The notes under the pieces are model-generated. The model made no database searches. It was not told the DNA's origin and saw only the letters and a list, made by a program, of their open reading frames with translations. A DNA stretch of 64,000 nt from Halobacteriales archaeon (lineage in GTDB: Archaea > Halobacteriota > Halobacteria > Halobacteriales > Hikarchaeaceae). This document shows, piece after piece, positions 1-9,629 of the stretch (the stretch's first letter is position 1; every line of letters begins with the position of its first letter). The stretch lies in NCBI GenBank assembly GCA_034521615.1, contig JAXHME010000022.1:723-64722 (forward strand), in the 5' to 3' direction. The translations under genes were made by a program, and so were the position numbers.

Positions 1-143
1 CTTCCTCGATGCGACTCTCTGGCGTACCTTACTACAAACTCAGAGTCGGCGACTACCGGGCGATCATCGACTGAGCAGACGGGACGAGGACGTGCTACTT
101 CGTCCGACGAATCGGCCATCGCCGAAACGTCTACGACAGGTAA
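1..143 (+). CDS. RelE/ParE-family toxin, 3' part (cut by window edge, with indels)
   Basis: Manual translation: ...LSGVPYYKLRVGDYRAIID...FVRRIGHRRNVYDR*. YKLRVGDYR and IGHRxxVY are typical RelE signatures. The frame is broken by small indels. Confidence 0.8.
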
Positions 144-177
144 TCGGACTCGGAAGTTCGTTGCAGCAGCCATTCCA

Positions 178-267
178 GAAGTTCCTGACCACCCGGTCTG
201 CGACCTACGGATCCAGATTCTCCATGTGACCGAGGGCTTTCTCGGTGTACTCGACCTGCGAGCCATC
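178..267 (-). pseudogene. Truncated RelE-like toxin (N-terminus only)
   Basis: QVEYTEKALGHMENLDP*VADRVVRN directly follows the RHH gene. There is an in-frame TAG at 205-207 and homology ends near 178. Confidence 0.6.
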
Positions 268-536
268 AAGCCCGAGCCGCTCCCGCGCCTCCTCCGCCGA
301 CACCGTCTCGCCACGGTCCGCCTGCTCGCGGCTCGTATCCAGATCCCTCGAGCGTCTCCTCCGAGAGCTGCGCTGGCGGGTTCCACCGAGTCGCGAAGCG
401 CGTCTCGAATGGCCTCTGACTTGCTGGAGTAGCCCCGTCGTTCCCACTCCTCGTCGAGCCGATCGAGAAGTGTCTGGGGGACTCGGACGTTGATCTTCTC
501 CATCCGTTCGTCGTCCGTTTCCGAATCGGCGCTCAT
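262..536 (-). CDS. Ribbon-helix-helix (CopG-like) antitoxin, frameshifted
   Basis: ATG at 536 gives MSADSETDDERMEKINVRVPQTLLDRLDEEWERRGYSSKSEAIRDALRD. After indels it continues DLDTSREQADRGETVSAEEARERLGLD. The 3' end is approximate. Confidence 0.75.
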
Positions 537-740
537 ACGCCGCTGGGTAGAGCTGTATCTCGAAGACCGACTCCGGTAGATTGGGTATCGGTGTGGGGGA
601 CTCCACAGTCACATTGAACGAACCGGCGGTTCAGCTGAGGCAATTGTGCATCTCCGACAATGAGACTCCCCGGAATCAAGAACTACTCAATCAGTATACG
701 AAACGTCTCGGAGCGGAACGTCCGAGCCGATCCGAGCAGG

Positions 741-1172
741 TCACTCCTCGAACAGTCCCTGTACTCGCTCCTCGATCCAAGCGAGGACCGCGAAGAGAAC
801 GTCGAAGGGATGTGATACCTCCACCATCGACGGTTCGATGTCATCGCCCGCATTCGGCGGCGGATGGAAGTGTGCCATCGGTGCCTCGGGCTTCGGGTGT
901 CGATCCCATCGGCACTGCCAAACGGCGTCATCCCGGATCTCGAGGTAGTGAACCGTATAGGCACCGCCCTCGAACCAGCGAACGTCCACTCTGGCCTCGG
1001 TAACCTCGTTCGGGTACTGACTGGCATCGAGCTCTACTTCCAGGACCCGAGGAGAGATACCGTCCGGACGGAACCGCCATCGGACGACCAGGGGATGGGA
1101 CGTCGCTCGTCGACCCATGACCTCTAGCGTCGCGATGTCCAGTGGGCCTCCCGAGAGATCGTCGGTCGTCAC
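741..1172 (-). CDS. Conserved haloarchaeal hypothetical protein, putative toxin partner of the upstream wHTH gene
   Basis: GTG at 1172 overlaps the upstream TGA (GTGA). Motifs DVRWF and RWDRHPKP...HFHPP are His/Arg-rich and could form a nuclease-like site. Confidence 0.6.
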   Translation of the reverse strand: MTTDDLSGGPLDIATLEVMGRRATSHPLVVRWRFRPDGISPRVLEVELDASQYPNEVTEARVDVRWFEGGAYTVHYLEIRDDAVWQCRWDRHPKPEAPMAHFHPPPNAGDDIEPSMVEVSHPFDVLFAVLAWIEERVQGLFEE

Positions 1173-1681
1173 GCGAGAGCAGCGTCGTCCACGGGTGATT
1201 CGGCCCGCTGGATCGCACGCCGGAGGAGCCTGATGTCGCGCCGAACGGTGCGCCACTCTTGCAGGTCCTCCCAGCGTTCGTGAAGCGCTTCGTGGTCGTC
1301 GACGGGCAGGTCATCGGTCGACACCGCGTCGGGCTCGGGCACCCCGTACGCCTCCTGGAACGCTTCATCGTCCTGGATGAGCTCGGCTATTCGCTCGCGG
1401 AGCTCCTCCGCGGTGTACTCGCGGGCGAGCGATTCGACCCGCCGCCAGGTGAAGTACGAGTCGTTACGTCGGTATCGGGCGGGGCGTGCGTCCTGTCGGG
1501 ACGCGATGCCCATCTCGGCGAGCTGCTCGAGCGCGCGGCGGGCACCGTTCTCTGAACAATCCGCACGCTCGGCGAATTCCGCCGCGGTCAGGAACTCCCT
1601 GGTGGCGACGAGGACGTCATACACACGCTGGAACGTCGTCCGGTCGCCCTGCCACCGGTCGGCCTCGTTCGCGGGAGCCAT
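1169..1681 (-). CDS. Winged-HTH DNA-binding protein (putative antitoxin)
   Basis: 170-aa ORF with HTH TAAEFAERADCSENGARRALEQLAEMG and an acidic helical C-terminus. Confidence 0.75.
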   Translation of the reverse strand: MAPANEADRWQGDRTTFQRVYDVLVATREFLTAAEFAERADCSENGARRALEQLAEMGIASRQDARPARYRRNDSYFTWRRVESLAREYTAEELRERIAELIQDDEAFQEAYGVPEPDAVSTDDLPVDDHEALHERWEDLQEWRTVRRDIRLLRRAIQRAESPVDDAALA

Positions 1682-1705
1682 GGGAGCTGGTTAGGACTTG
1701 TGGAA

Positions 1706-1735
1706 CATATATCTTCGTCTCGGAGCCAATATATG
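1706..1735. promoter_or_regulatory. Inverted repeat CATATAT-N16-ATATATG over the promoter of the wHTH operon (putative operator)
   Basis: CATATAT at 1706-1712 and ATATATG at 1729-1735, 25-54 bp upstream of the ATG at 1681. Confidence 0.5.
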
Positions 1736-1906
1736 CGTTACAGCCGTGAGGGGATCGTTGCATTGGCCACACATGCCAGCGTCTCCCCGCCAGACATCGG
1801 TGTCGTGGTTTAACCCTCAACGGCGGGTTCGTTAACCCTTGCTGCGGTTCGGATACCGATTGAAGGAAGCCTTTTGACAGTGGCGCGGCAAGAGACGGTA
1901 CGAACC

Positions 1907-2152
1907 ATGAGCACTGGCGCCCGGATCATCCTCACCGAGGAAGACGACTGGTGGGTCGCCGAAGACGAGGAGACCGGCGTCACCTCGCAGGGTCGTACCC
2001 GCGAGGCGGCCCTCGCGAACCTCGACGAGGCGCTCGACGGGTTCCACGGAGCCGGGGAGGCGCCGACCGACGAGGAGCTCCGGGGAGGCGGGTCTGACCC
2101 AGAGGTCAACCGGCGAGCCGGAACCGGTGAACTCCCGGAAATTCTGAAATAG
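1907..2152 (+). CDS. hicB: HicB-family antitoxin
   Basis: MSTGARIILTEEDDWWVAEDEETGVTSQGRTREAALANLDEAL carries the SQGxTxxxAxxNLxEA HicB motif. Confidence 0.85.
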   Translation: MSTGARIILTEEDDWWVAEDEETGVTSQGRTREAALANLDEALDGFHGAGEAPTDEELRGGGSDPEVNRRAGTGELPEILK

Positions 2153-2164
2153 TCCTGCCGCCTC

Positions 2165-2423
2165 ATGGTAACCCGGGACTTCCAGCGGCTACGACATAGC
2201 AAAGGCGCTCGTCAACAAAGGGAACTTCCAGTGGGTTCGGACGCCCGGAGACCATGCGATTCTGAAGTGGGCCCACCCTGATGGCCCCGACGTCGAATCG
2301 GGGACCGGTGAGCGTACCGCTACACGACCGAGTTCGAATCGGCACGCTTACGGGGAATCGCCGAGGATGCCGGCGCAAACGATTTCGACGAGTTCTGTAA
2401 GTGGATCGATCGGACCGACCTGA
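2165..2423 (+). CDS. hicA: HicA-family mRNA interferase toxin, frameshifted
   Basis: Reconstructed across indels: MVTRDF-SGYDIAKALVNKGNFQWVRTPGDHAILKW...VSVPLHDRVRIGTL-GIAEDAGANDFDEFCKWID. GDH and VPxH...GTL motifs are present. Confidence 0.8.
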
Positions 2424-2821
2424 TTGTCCTGGGCCTTGAGACGCCTCTGGGGCCTTCCTTAGACGACGGGACACGGTTGGTTAACGGTTCTATCCGGATT
2501 GGTCGACTTTGTGCTAATATGAAATGTGCCTGACCAGTGATCGGTGATTGCGCTAAATCGGAGATGCCGAGATTCGCCTAGGTTCGTCCATCGGAATAGA
2601 TGGCCTCTGCGGACTAATAACTATTCAACTCTCCTCTGATGGCTTGGGAGCTACCTGAGCCGGCAGGAGGACCTGGCGGCGACAGTGGCACAGCTGCGAC
2701 ACAAGTCGATTCTGTCGACGATGCGGTATGACAAGGCGCCCGTTCGATGGATCGACGGAAAGCGCTGAGCGGATGGGTAAGAACCACTGCGATGGGAATC
2801 GAACTATGAGCCTCACGCAAT

Positions 2822-3242
2822 ATGTCTCCTAAAGGATTGCTGATTTTCTTCGGGAACCCGCGTTCGGTGGCTGCTGGGGATAAGCGAGCTCGAGGCCGAG
2901 GCTCAGAGATGGCGTCCATCGGCGGGCCGCGTTCTTGGCTTCGGAAATTCGATCACCGAGCACCCCTTCAAGGACGGGATCAAGCGAACGGCATGGGTGA
3001 CAACACGGCGTGGCTCCACCTCGAATCGAATGCCCTACGGCCTCGACGTGGGACTCGGCACTGAACGCGTTGCTTCGACGATCGACGTCGGAGGCGTGAG
3101 TCCGTCGGCTATCGCAAATCGCGTCGAGCAATCGCCTGATGGCGCCGATTCGGCGAGTGTCGATGATGAATCTGACTTGCATCGGACTCGAGAGGTCGGT
3201 CACGAGGCACTGATCCGACGAGCATCAACTGGCTCAGCGTAG
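2822..3242 (+). pseudogene. Fic/Doc-family toxin, degenerate or error-ridden
   Basis: About 2952-2996 reads ITEHPFKDGIKRTAW, matching the Doc motif HPFxDGNKRT with N->I. Boundaries are approximate. Confidence 0.65.
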
Positions 3243-3251
3243 TACGCCGGT

Positions 3252-3380
3252 ATGAGCCAGAGAGGAGCCGATGACGAGCCCAACGACGGCCCTCGAGGAA
3301 CTTACGGCGGGAGGCGAGATCGCCCGCGACGATCGTCGACGAGGACCGTGATATCCTCGACGCGATCGCACGACGAGTGA
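3252..3380 (+). pseudogene. Small acidic peptide remnant, possible antitoxin
   Basis: MSQRGADDEPND...IVDEDRDILDAIARR read across indels, directly after the Doc-like remnant. Confidence 0.3.
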
Positions 3381-3700
3381 GCCTGTCGAGAAGCGCATGG
3401 AGCCAGGCAGACCTCGACGGATTTGCCCGTAAAACTCGTACTCGAATCCCCGTCGGAGCGATCTTCTTGCTTCGAGAACCGCCTTCTAGGGGCCTCGCCG
3501 CAGTGGTTGCGTTGAATTCCGGAACTTCCACGGAGGGGGTCGGAAGCAGCCAGATCACTTTCAGTTCTCGTACTGAGCCTCATCAGTCAGGACGGGGCCA
3601 CCGTCCGGTGAGGTCCCTCCGACAGGGGCCGACCCGTCATGGTCCCCACGAACGACGCGGTGGTCGGGCAGGCCACCGTCACGCTGTGGAGGTATCGTGC

Positions 3701-3937
3701 ATGAGCTACCAGGTCGGCGATCGGGTCAGCGTGGCGATTCCTGATGCGGCTGACCCCGACCATCGGTATCACGGTGAGACCGGTCGGATCGAGGAAGTTT
3801 TTCAGGACGACCTGAGCGGCATCACCGACGACCCCCGGGATGACTTCCTCTACCGCGTCGCGTTCGACGACGAGGCGCTCGGGCGGATGTCGTTCCGGCA
3901 TCACGACCTCCGGTTGGAGAACGAGGATGAGAAGTAG
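3701..3937 (+). CDS. Small SH3/KOW-like protein
   Basis: MSYQVGDRVSVAIPD...YHGETGRIEEV...LYRVAFDD...FRHHDL follows a KOW/SH3-like pattern; 78 aa, acidic. Confidence 0.6.
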   Translation: MSYQVGDRVSVAIPDAADPDHRYHGETGRIEEVFQDDLSGITDDPRDDFLYRVAFDDEALGRMSFRHHDLRLENEDEK

Positions 3938-4027
3938 GGGGCGTCGTGGCCAGTCTTGAGCGTTCTCAGGTCAGGCACGGGAAGGCTGCGATCGATCAGC
4001 GGAAGTCGTCATCGCCAGGGGTCCGTG

Positions 4028-4970
4028 ATGTCGACGCCGGCTGAACGGTCGCTGTCGTTGACCGAGGCCGAGGATCGCACGGAATCGATGCATCGGGCGA
4101 TCGGGGACTGGCTCACGGAGCTGCGCGAGCTCGTCGAGGAGGCTCGGGCCACCGAGGAGTTCGAGGCCTGGCTCGACATGCAGAGTCGTTTCCACGACTA
4201 CTCCTTCCGGAACACGCTACTCATCAGTCAGCAGTGTCCGTCGGCGACGAAAGTGGCTGGCTACCGGACCTGGCAGGAGGAGTTCGACCGTCACGTCAGA
4301 AGGAGGGTCGAGTCGGCGATCCTGGATCTGGGTGCCGATCATCGCCAAGCGCTGTCCCGAGTGTGAGAACTCGAAGTCCTACCATGCGGATAGCGAGTGT
4401 GAGTACGACTCGACCCCGCCCGAGGAGTGGTCGAAGGGCCTGGTCGGGTTCAAGCCGGCGCCGGTGTTCGACATAAGCCAGACTGAGGGCGAGCCGTTGC
4501 CCGAGCTGGAGACGGCGGCGACCGGCGAGGCCGGTGAACTGGTGGACAGGCTGCTCGACGCGGCCGATCGATTAGCGTTGGATGTTCGGATCGTCGACCC
4601 GGCGGACTGGCGCCACGGCGACGCCACGGGAGTCTGTCGCCGTCAGGCTTCGGGGCAGCCGCTGGTCGAGGCCAAGGACCGGGAGACCGACGCCGACCTC
4701 GCGGCGACGCTCGTTCGCGAGTACGCCCATCGCGAACTCCACTTCGACGTCGACGACCCCGGCGAGCGGGCCAAACGGGAGATCGAGGCCGAGGCCGTCG
4801 CCTACGTGGTCGGACGGCACTTCGGGTTGGACACCTCGAACTCGGCGTTCTATCTGGCGGCGTGGGCTGGAGAGGGGACCGAGGGGCTGCAGGAGCGGCT
4901 GGAGCGGATCGGTACGACGGCCGGTCAGCTGATCGAGTCGATTGAAGAAACTCGGGCTTCGGGTCGGTGA
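4028..4970 (+). CDS. ArdC-like ssDNA-binding / metalloprotease-fold anti-restriction protein, frameshifted near 4300-4330
   Basis: N-terminus FHDYSFRNTLLISQQCP.ATKVAGYRTWQ; CPEC insert; VFDISQTEGEPLP; EYAH..LH; EIEAEAVAYVV; SAFYLAAW. Confidence 0.8.
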
Positions 4971-4976
4971 GATCGC

Positions 4977-5330
4977 TCACTCGGCGTTCAGCCCATCCGG
5001 TCGACGTACGCCGGACAGCATCTCGAGGAACTCGGGTTCGTAGGACGCTGGGACGTGATCGACGTTCCAGAGGCCGGATTCACGGATCTCTTCGGTCGGG
5101 CTGAACTGCCCGAGCCAGGTCGTCCGCTCTGGGATCGATCGGTTCCCGGTCGTTGTTGCTCACCTGCGCGATCGCGTCTCGCTCCAGATAGGCCCGGTCG
5201 CTCCCGGGCCCCGGCTCGTCGTCAACGGCGACCCAGACGAACGGGAGCTCCCGAACGTAATCGCTGACGGCGCGTTCGAGGTCGAGCTCCTCGAGACGGA
5301 GCTCCCTGGCGGCCGAGGAGCCGACGTCGT
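4977..5330 (-). pseudogene. 3' remnant of a hypothetical protein (possibly GIY-YIG-like)
   Basis: ELDLERAVSDYVRELPFVWVAVDDEPGPGSDRAYLERDAIA...PIDPR...IRESGLWNVDHV. No 5' half or start codon is visible. Confidence 0.45.
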
Positions 5331-5879
5331 CCACCATACAGGCCGTCCGGGTCGAACTCCATGAAAGCGTAATCATGGCGGCCCGGTAGTCGATCTGGAT
5401 GGCGTCGATGTTCGGGTCGTAGGCGGAGTTGGATGACGCTTGCGGCCGGTGGCCGACCCGGGCCGCCGAGCTGAGTCCGCCGGTCGAGGAGGGGCAAAGC
5501 GTGGTCTTGCGACCGCTATGCCGGGGCGGCTGAGCTATCGATGCGGTCAGTATCATGATTCGGACGAGCATCGTTCGAGGCGGCTCAGGTCTGCTCGGTA
5601 ATTAACCGGCTGCGTTGGGCGTTAGGCGGTCCCTCGGCGACGGATGGGTCGAGGTAGGTCCATGGCCGTGCTCGGAGGATGGGAACATGGACTTGCCCTT
5701 ATCAGTGATACCGCCACAAACCCCGGCGATGTGGGTGAATCATGCAAAATGCCCCTGCCTTTGATGGCAATCAACGCCAGACAGTTACTAAGTTGGCCTT
5801 CCACCAACAATCGACGACGGACCTCGGCGAGCGTGACCACCAACGCTCGTCGACGAGCGGTATACCCGACACCGGAATG

Positions 5880-6130
5880 AATCACAGCATCGGGCATCGT
5901 CGCGGTCCCGAAATCGACGACGAGTTCCCGGACCGAATCAAGTACGCCTTCCACTCGACGGACGGACCGACTGAGACCACGAGCTTACCTCCGCTACGGA
6001 CAACTGCTCGCACGAGGGGCTGACGCCTGGCGAACCGGCGGGCTCGAGCGACTCGAGGCCGGCGAGGTGACCTTTCCCGGGCCGCGGAGCTCCGCCGATC
6101 CGAACGTCTCCGACTTCGCCGAGGTGGAAG
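5880..6130 (+). pseudogene. DUF6516-like putative toxin remnant
   Basis: GIVAVP...DDEFPDRIKYAFH...LRY-DN-SHEG...VTFPG, recognisable only across several indels. Confidence 0.4.
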
Positions 6131-6782
6131 CGAGAGGGGGACATTGCCTGGATTCTACGAAGACAACGTCGACACTGACATCCGTGGCTGGAGACCTCCG
6201 ACCGATGCCATCTTCGACGCGATCGGCTCATCGATCGGACGCGTCCAGAACCGCTCCATGTCGTCGACGTCATCGACGAGGCGCCGACGAATTCTTCGAC
6301 CGCGTCTACGAGGAGGTGGTGGACGGTGGCTTGAAGCAGGTGACCGGACGGCTGACGCGTGAGCGCGCTGTCGATTGACGGTCTTCTCTCGCTCCCCGAC
6401 GTAGACAGGCGCTCTGCCCGAGCGTGTTCTCGCGATAACCCAAACCTTGAGCACGGTCGATTCGGGCAATCGCCAGAGCAGAACCCGGGGAGCGGAATCG
6501 CCGTCTGGACGATCGGTACGCCGAGCAGTGACCGACACCGAGGAGGTCGATACGAGCCGGAACGGCGTGGCTGTCGAGCGTCGGTATCAGACTGGCAGCC
6601 TGGTGACGAAGCGGTCGGAATCTTGGATGACAGGATCGTGGCCAAACTGGCCTGGTCGACTGATCTGTACATGCGCATTATCGAAGAGTTTCGGACGCTG
6701 GCTTCTCACGGTTCGCTAGTCGCGACCCGTGAATGGCCGACCGGCTGAAGGAGTCGCGATTCGTCCGCCTTCGAACTCACGT

Positions 6783-9629
6783 TCACCCCGTGGTTCGCTG
6801 GACCCGCAATAACCGGCCCAGGGCCTCCGTCGATAGCGGCTCGATCGGGACGGCCTCCCCTGGTGGACGTGTAGAACAGCTGGACCTCGACTCTCCCGGC
6901 CGGGAAACGCCGCCGCCACCACGTGGTAGTAGACGCTCACCTGCTTTCGATATTCCTCTGCTGCGCGCCGGCTCCGATCCGTCTTGTAATCCACCAACGT
7001 CACGCGCTCGTCGCTTACGGCCACCAGGTCCACCACGCCGGAAATGGCGACGGTCGCTCCGTCGACCTCGAGCGGGAGGAGGGCCGGCTGCTCGGCGTGG
7101 AGTTCGCCATCCAGCGAGTCGATGAAGGCGGCCGCGTTCGCCTCGTCGTCGTTCGACGGCTCGACCGTCGCTTCGCCATCGAGCGTACGCTTCGGCGAAC
7201 TCGTGGACCTGCGTCCCGAACACGGTCCCCCGCCCCTCGTCCGTCTCGCCGAACACGTCGTCGGCCATCAGGTCGTGGGGGTTCCACCCGACGGGCCCCG
7301 CGGGCAGCGGCACGGAGATGTCGAGCCGCGTCTGCACCGTCTCCCCACCACGATAGTCCTCGACATCCGGCTCCAGCTCCTCCACCCCGACCGGCAGCTC
7401 CTCGAGGAACGTGTTCGGCTCCTCGCCGGCCGTGAACACGAGGTGGTGCTCGGCCCGCGTCATCGCGACGTACAGCAGCCGGCGCTCCTCGTCGTACTCG
7501 TTCGAGAGACACTTCCGGAGCACGTCGGCCCGCCAGTTGTCGTAGACGTGCGGGTAGCCGCCGGCGTCGTCGAAGACGTCCCGCTGGCGCAGGCCGATCG
7601 GCTCGTCGAACGAGATGGCCGACCCCCCGCCGCCCGATGGCGGGAACCGGTAGCGGTTCATGTTCGCCAGCACGACGATGGGGTACTCGAGGCCCTTCGC
7701 GGCGTGGATGGTCTGGACGGTCACCGCGTCCGCCCCCGCGGGCGCGCTCACCTCCCGGGTGGCGCCCTCCTCGATGCCCCGCTCGATGAACCGGATGAGG
7801 TCGCCCCGCGTCATCGTCGTCGCGTCGTGGGCGTCCTGGAGCGTCTCGATGACCACGTCGGCGTAGGTGCCGTCGTAGCCGTAGCGCGCGAGCACCTGCT
7901 CGGCGACGCCGCCGACGGTCTCGAGCGACTCGAGCTCGGCCCGGAAGGCCGCCATCGCCTCGGGGTAGTCCCCGGTCTCGAGGACGTGCTCGATCTCGTC
8001 CTGGGTGTAGCCCGCGCGCTCGAGCACGACGGCCCAGCCCCGCTCGTGGTCGGCCTCGAGGATCCGCAGCCACGCCAGCACGAGCTTGGCCTGGTCGGTG
8101 CGGAACAGCTCGATGCCGCCCTCGTAGGCCATCGGGACGCCGTACGCCTCCGCGGCGTGCAGCAGCTCCCGGCCGAAGTCCTTCGTGCGGGTGAGCACGG
8201 CGATGTCGCCGAGCTCGGGCGGCCGGAGCTCGCCGTCGTCCTCGACGGCGTACTCGTCGTTCCCGACGATCGACTGGACCTTCGTCAGCAGCGCCTCGGG
8301 CTCGTCGTCGTGCTGGATCGCCTCGATGCGGGTGTTCTCGTGGTCCTTGTTCGAGTTGAGCGAGACGACGTCGTCCATGACGGCGGCCGCGTCGACCTCG
8401 TCGCTCCCCGTCGCGGGCACCACGAGGCCCTCCTCGGCGAAGTCCAGCAGCGCCTGCGTCGACCGGTAGTTCTCCTCGAGCTCGATCCGGTCGACCGACC
8501 AGTCCTCGAACGTCACCCGCTCGGCGTCGGTGTTCAGCTCGTCGGCGAACCGGTCGAGTCGGGCCTCGAACTCCCGGATGTTCTCGACGGCGGCGTACTG
8601 GAAGCCGTAGATGCTCTGCTTCCAGTCGCCGACGGCACAGAGGTTGTCCGAGCCAGCGGAGAGCAGCGCGAGCTTGAACTGGATCTCCGAGGTGTCCTGG
8701 AACTCGTCGACCATCACGTACTCGAAGGCGAGCTCCTCGCGCAGTTCGTGGTCCTCACAGAGGAGGACGAAGGCGTAGCCCTGGAGCATCCCGAAGGTCA
8801 GGTAGTTCCGCGAGAGCGCGTACTCGAGGTAGCCGAGGTAGACGTCGTGGACGAACGCCTTCAGGTGCTCGCGGTCCTCGCCGAACGCCTCGGCGGCCCA
8901 CTCGTCGGGCACCGCCTTGCCGTCGCCGCGGAGCTCGTACTCGCTCGGGGCGTCCGGCCGGTAGCAGTCGTCGCGGCCGAACCCGCCCAGCTTCGCCCGC
9001 AGCTCGGACTGCTTGTTGCCGTCGTTCCGGGGCCGGTTCGCCTCGTCGAACAGGGCGCGGAACGCCTCGACGCTCCCGTCGAGCTGCTGCTCGCCGTCGC
9101 GGTACCAACCAGCAGCAGTCGGGAAGACGCCCTTCGCGGCCAGCTCGCGGAGCAGCCCGAGCAGCTCGCCGGGGCTCCCGACCACGCGGACGAGGTCGGC
9201 GTACTCGGGGTGGTCGTCGGCGAACCGGTCGAAGAACGCCCGGAACTCCTCGCCCTCGACGAGCTCGTCGTCGAGCACGCGGGTCCCCTGGGTGATCCGG
9301 TCGTCGATGCCCAGATGCGTCGGCGCGTCGAAGCCGTGCTCGAGGAGGAGGTCGTGGGCCCGGCTGTGGAACGTCCCGATCGGGGCGTCCCGGAGCTCGC
9401 GCATGCCGTAGCTCGACCGGGCCACGACGCGCTCTCTCATCTCGCTCGCCGCGTTCCGCGTGAACGTCACCAGCAGGACGTCCTCGGGCTCGACGCCCGG
9501 CTGCTCGACGATCTCGGCGTACCGCCGGGTCAGCGCGAACGTCTTGCCGGTGCCCGCGCCGGCGTCGACGAGGGCGAGCCCCTCGGTCCCCTCGATGAGC
9601 TCGCGCTGGCGGCGGTTCGGTTCAGGCAT
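6783..9629 (-). CDS. AddA-like SF1 (UvrD) helicase with C-terminal PD-(D/E)xK nuclease; frameshifts near 7190 and 6890
   Basis: ATG at 9629. Helicase motifs AGAGTGKT, VDEFQDT, VGDWKQSIYGFQ, LEENYRS, TIHAAKGLE, EERRLLYVAMTRA. Nuclease GVVDLV...VDYKT...KQVSVY lies in a shifted frame. Confidence 0.9.
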   Translation of the reverse strand: MPEPNRRQRELIEGTEGLALVDAGAGTGKTFALTRRYAEIVEQPGVEPEDVLLVTFTRNAASEMRERVVARSSYGMRELRDAPIGTFHSRAHDLLLEHGFDAPTHLGIDDRITQGTRVLDDELVEGEEFRAFFDRFADDHPEYADLVRVVGSPGELLGLLRELAAKGVFPTAAGWYRDGEQQLDGSVEAFRALFDEANRPRNDGNKQSELRAKLGGFGRDDCYRPDAPSEYELRGDGKAVPDEWAAEAFGEDREHLKAFVHDVYLGYLEYALSRNYLTFGMLQGYAFVLLCEDHELREELAFEYVMVDEFQDTSEIQFKLALLSAGSDNLCAVGDWKQSIYGFQYAAVENIREFEARLDRFADELNTDAERVTFEDWSVDRIELEENYRSTQALLDFAEEGLVVPATGSDEVDAAAVMDDVVSLNSNKDHENTRIEAIQHDDEPEALLTKVQSIVGNDEYAVEDDGELRPPELGDIAVLTRTKDFGRELLHAAEAYGVPMAYEGGIELFRTDQAKLVLAWLRILEADHERGWAVVLERAGYTQDEIEHVLETGDYPEAMAAFRAELESLETVGGVAEQVLARYGYDGTYADVVIETLQDAHDATTMTRGDLIRFIERGIEEGATREVSAPAGADAVTVQTIHAAKGLEYPIVVLANMNRYRFPPSGGGGSAISFDEPIGLRQRDVFDDAGGYPHVYDNWRADVLRKCLSNEYDEERRLLYVAMTRAEHHLVFTAGEEPNTFLEELPVGVEELEPDVEDYRGGETVQTRLDISVPLPAGPVGWNPHDLMADDVFGETDEGRGTVFGTQVHEFAEAYARWRSDGRAVERRRGERGRLHRLAGWRTPRRAAGPPPARGRRSDRRHFRRGGPGGRKRRARDVGGLQDGSEPARSRGISKAGERLLPRGGGGVSRPGESRSSCSTRPPGEAVPIEPLSTEALGRLLRVQRTTG

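Noticed and set aside
5601-5627. TAAC...GTTAGGC resembling an integron attC site
   Set aside because: Far too short for a canonical attC, no L-boxes, and no IntI in the window. It is kept only as part of the looser junction-motif hypothesis.
6140-6730. Coding-like fragments between the DUF6516-like remnant and addA (possibly a PIN-like tail)
   Set aside because: Too indel-ridden to reconstruct a credible protein or assign a family by eye.
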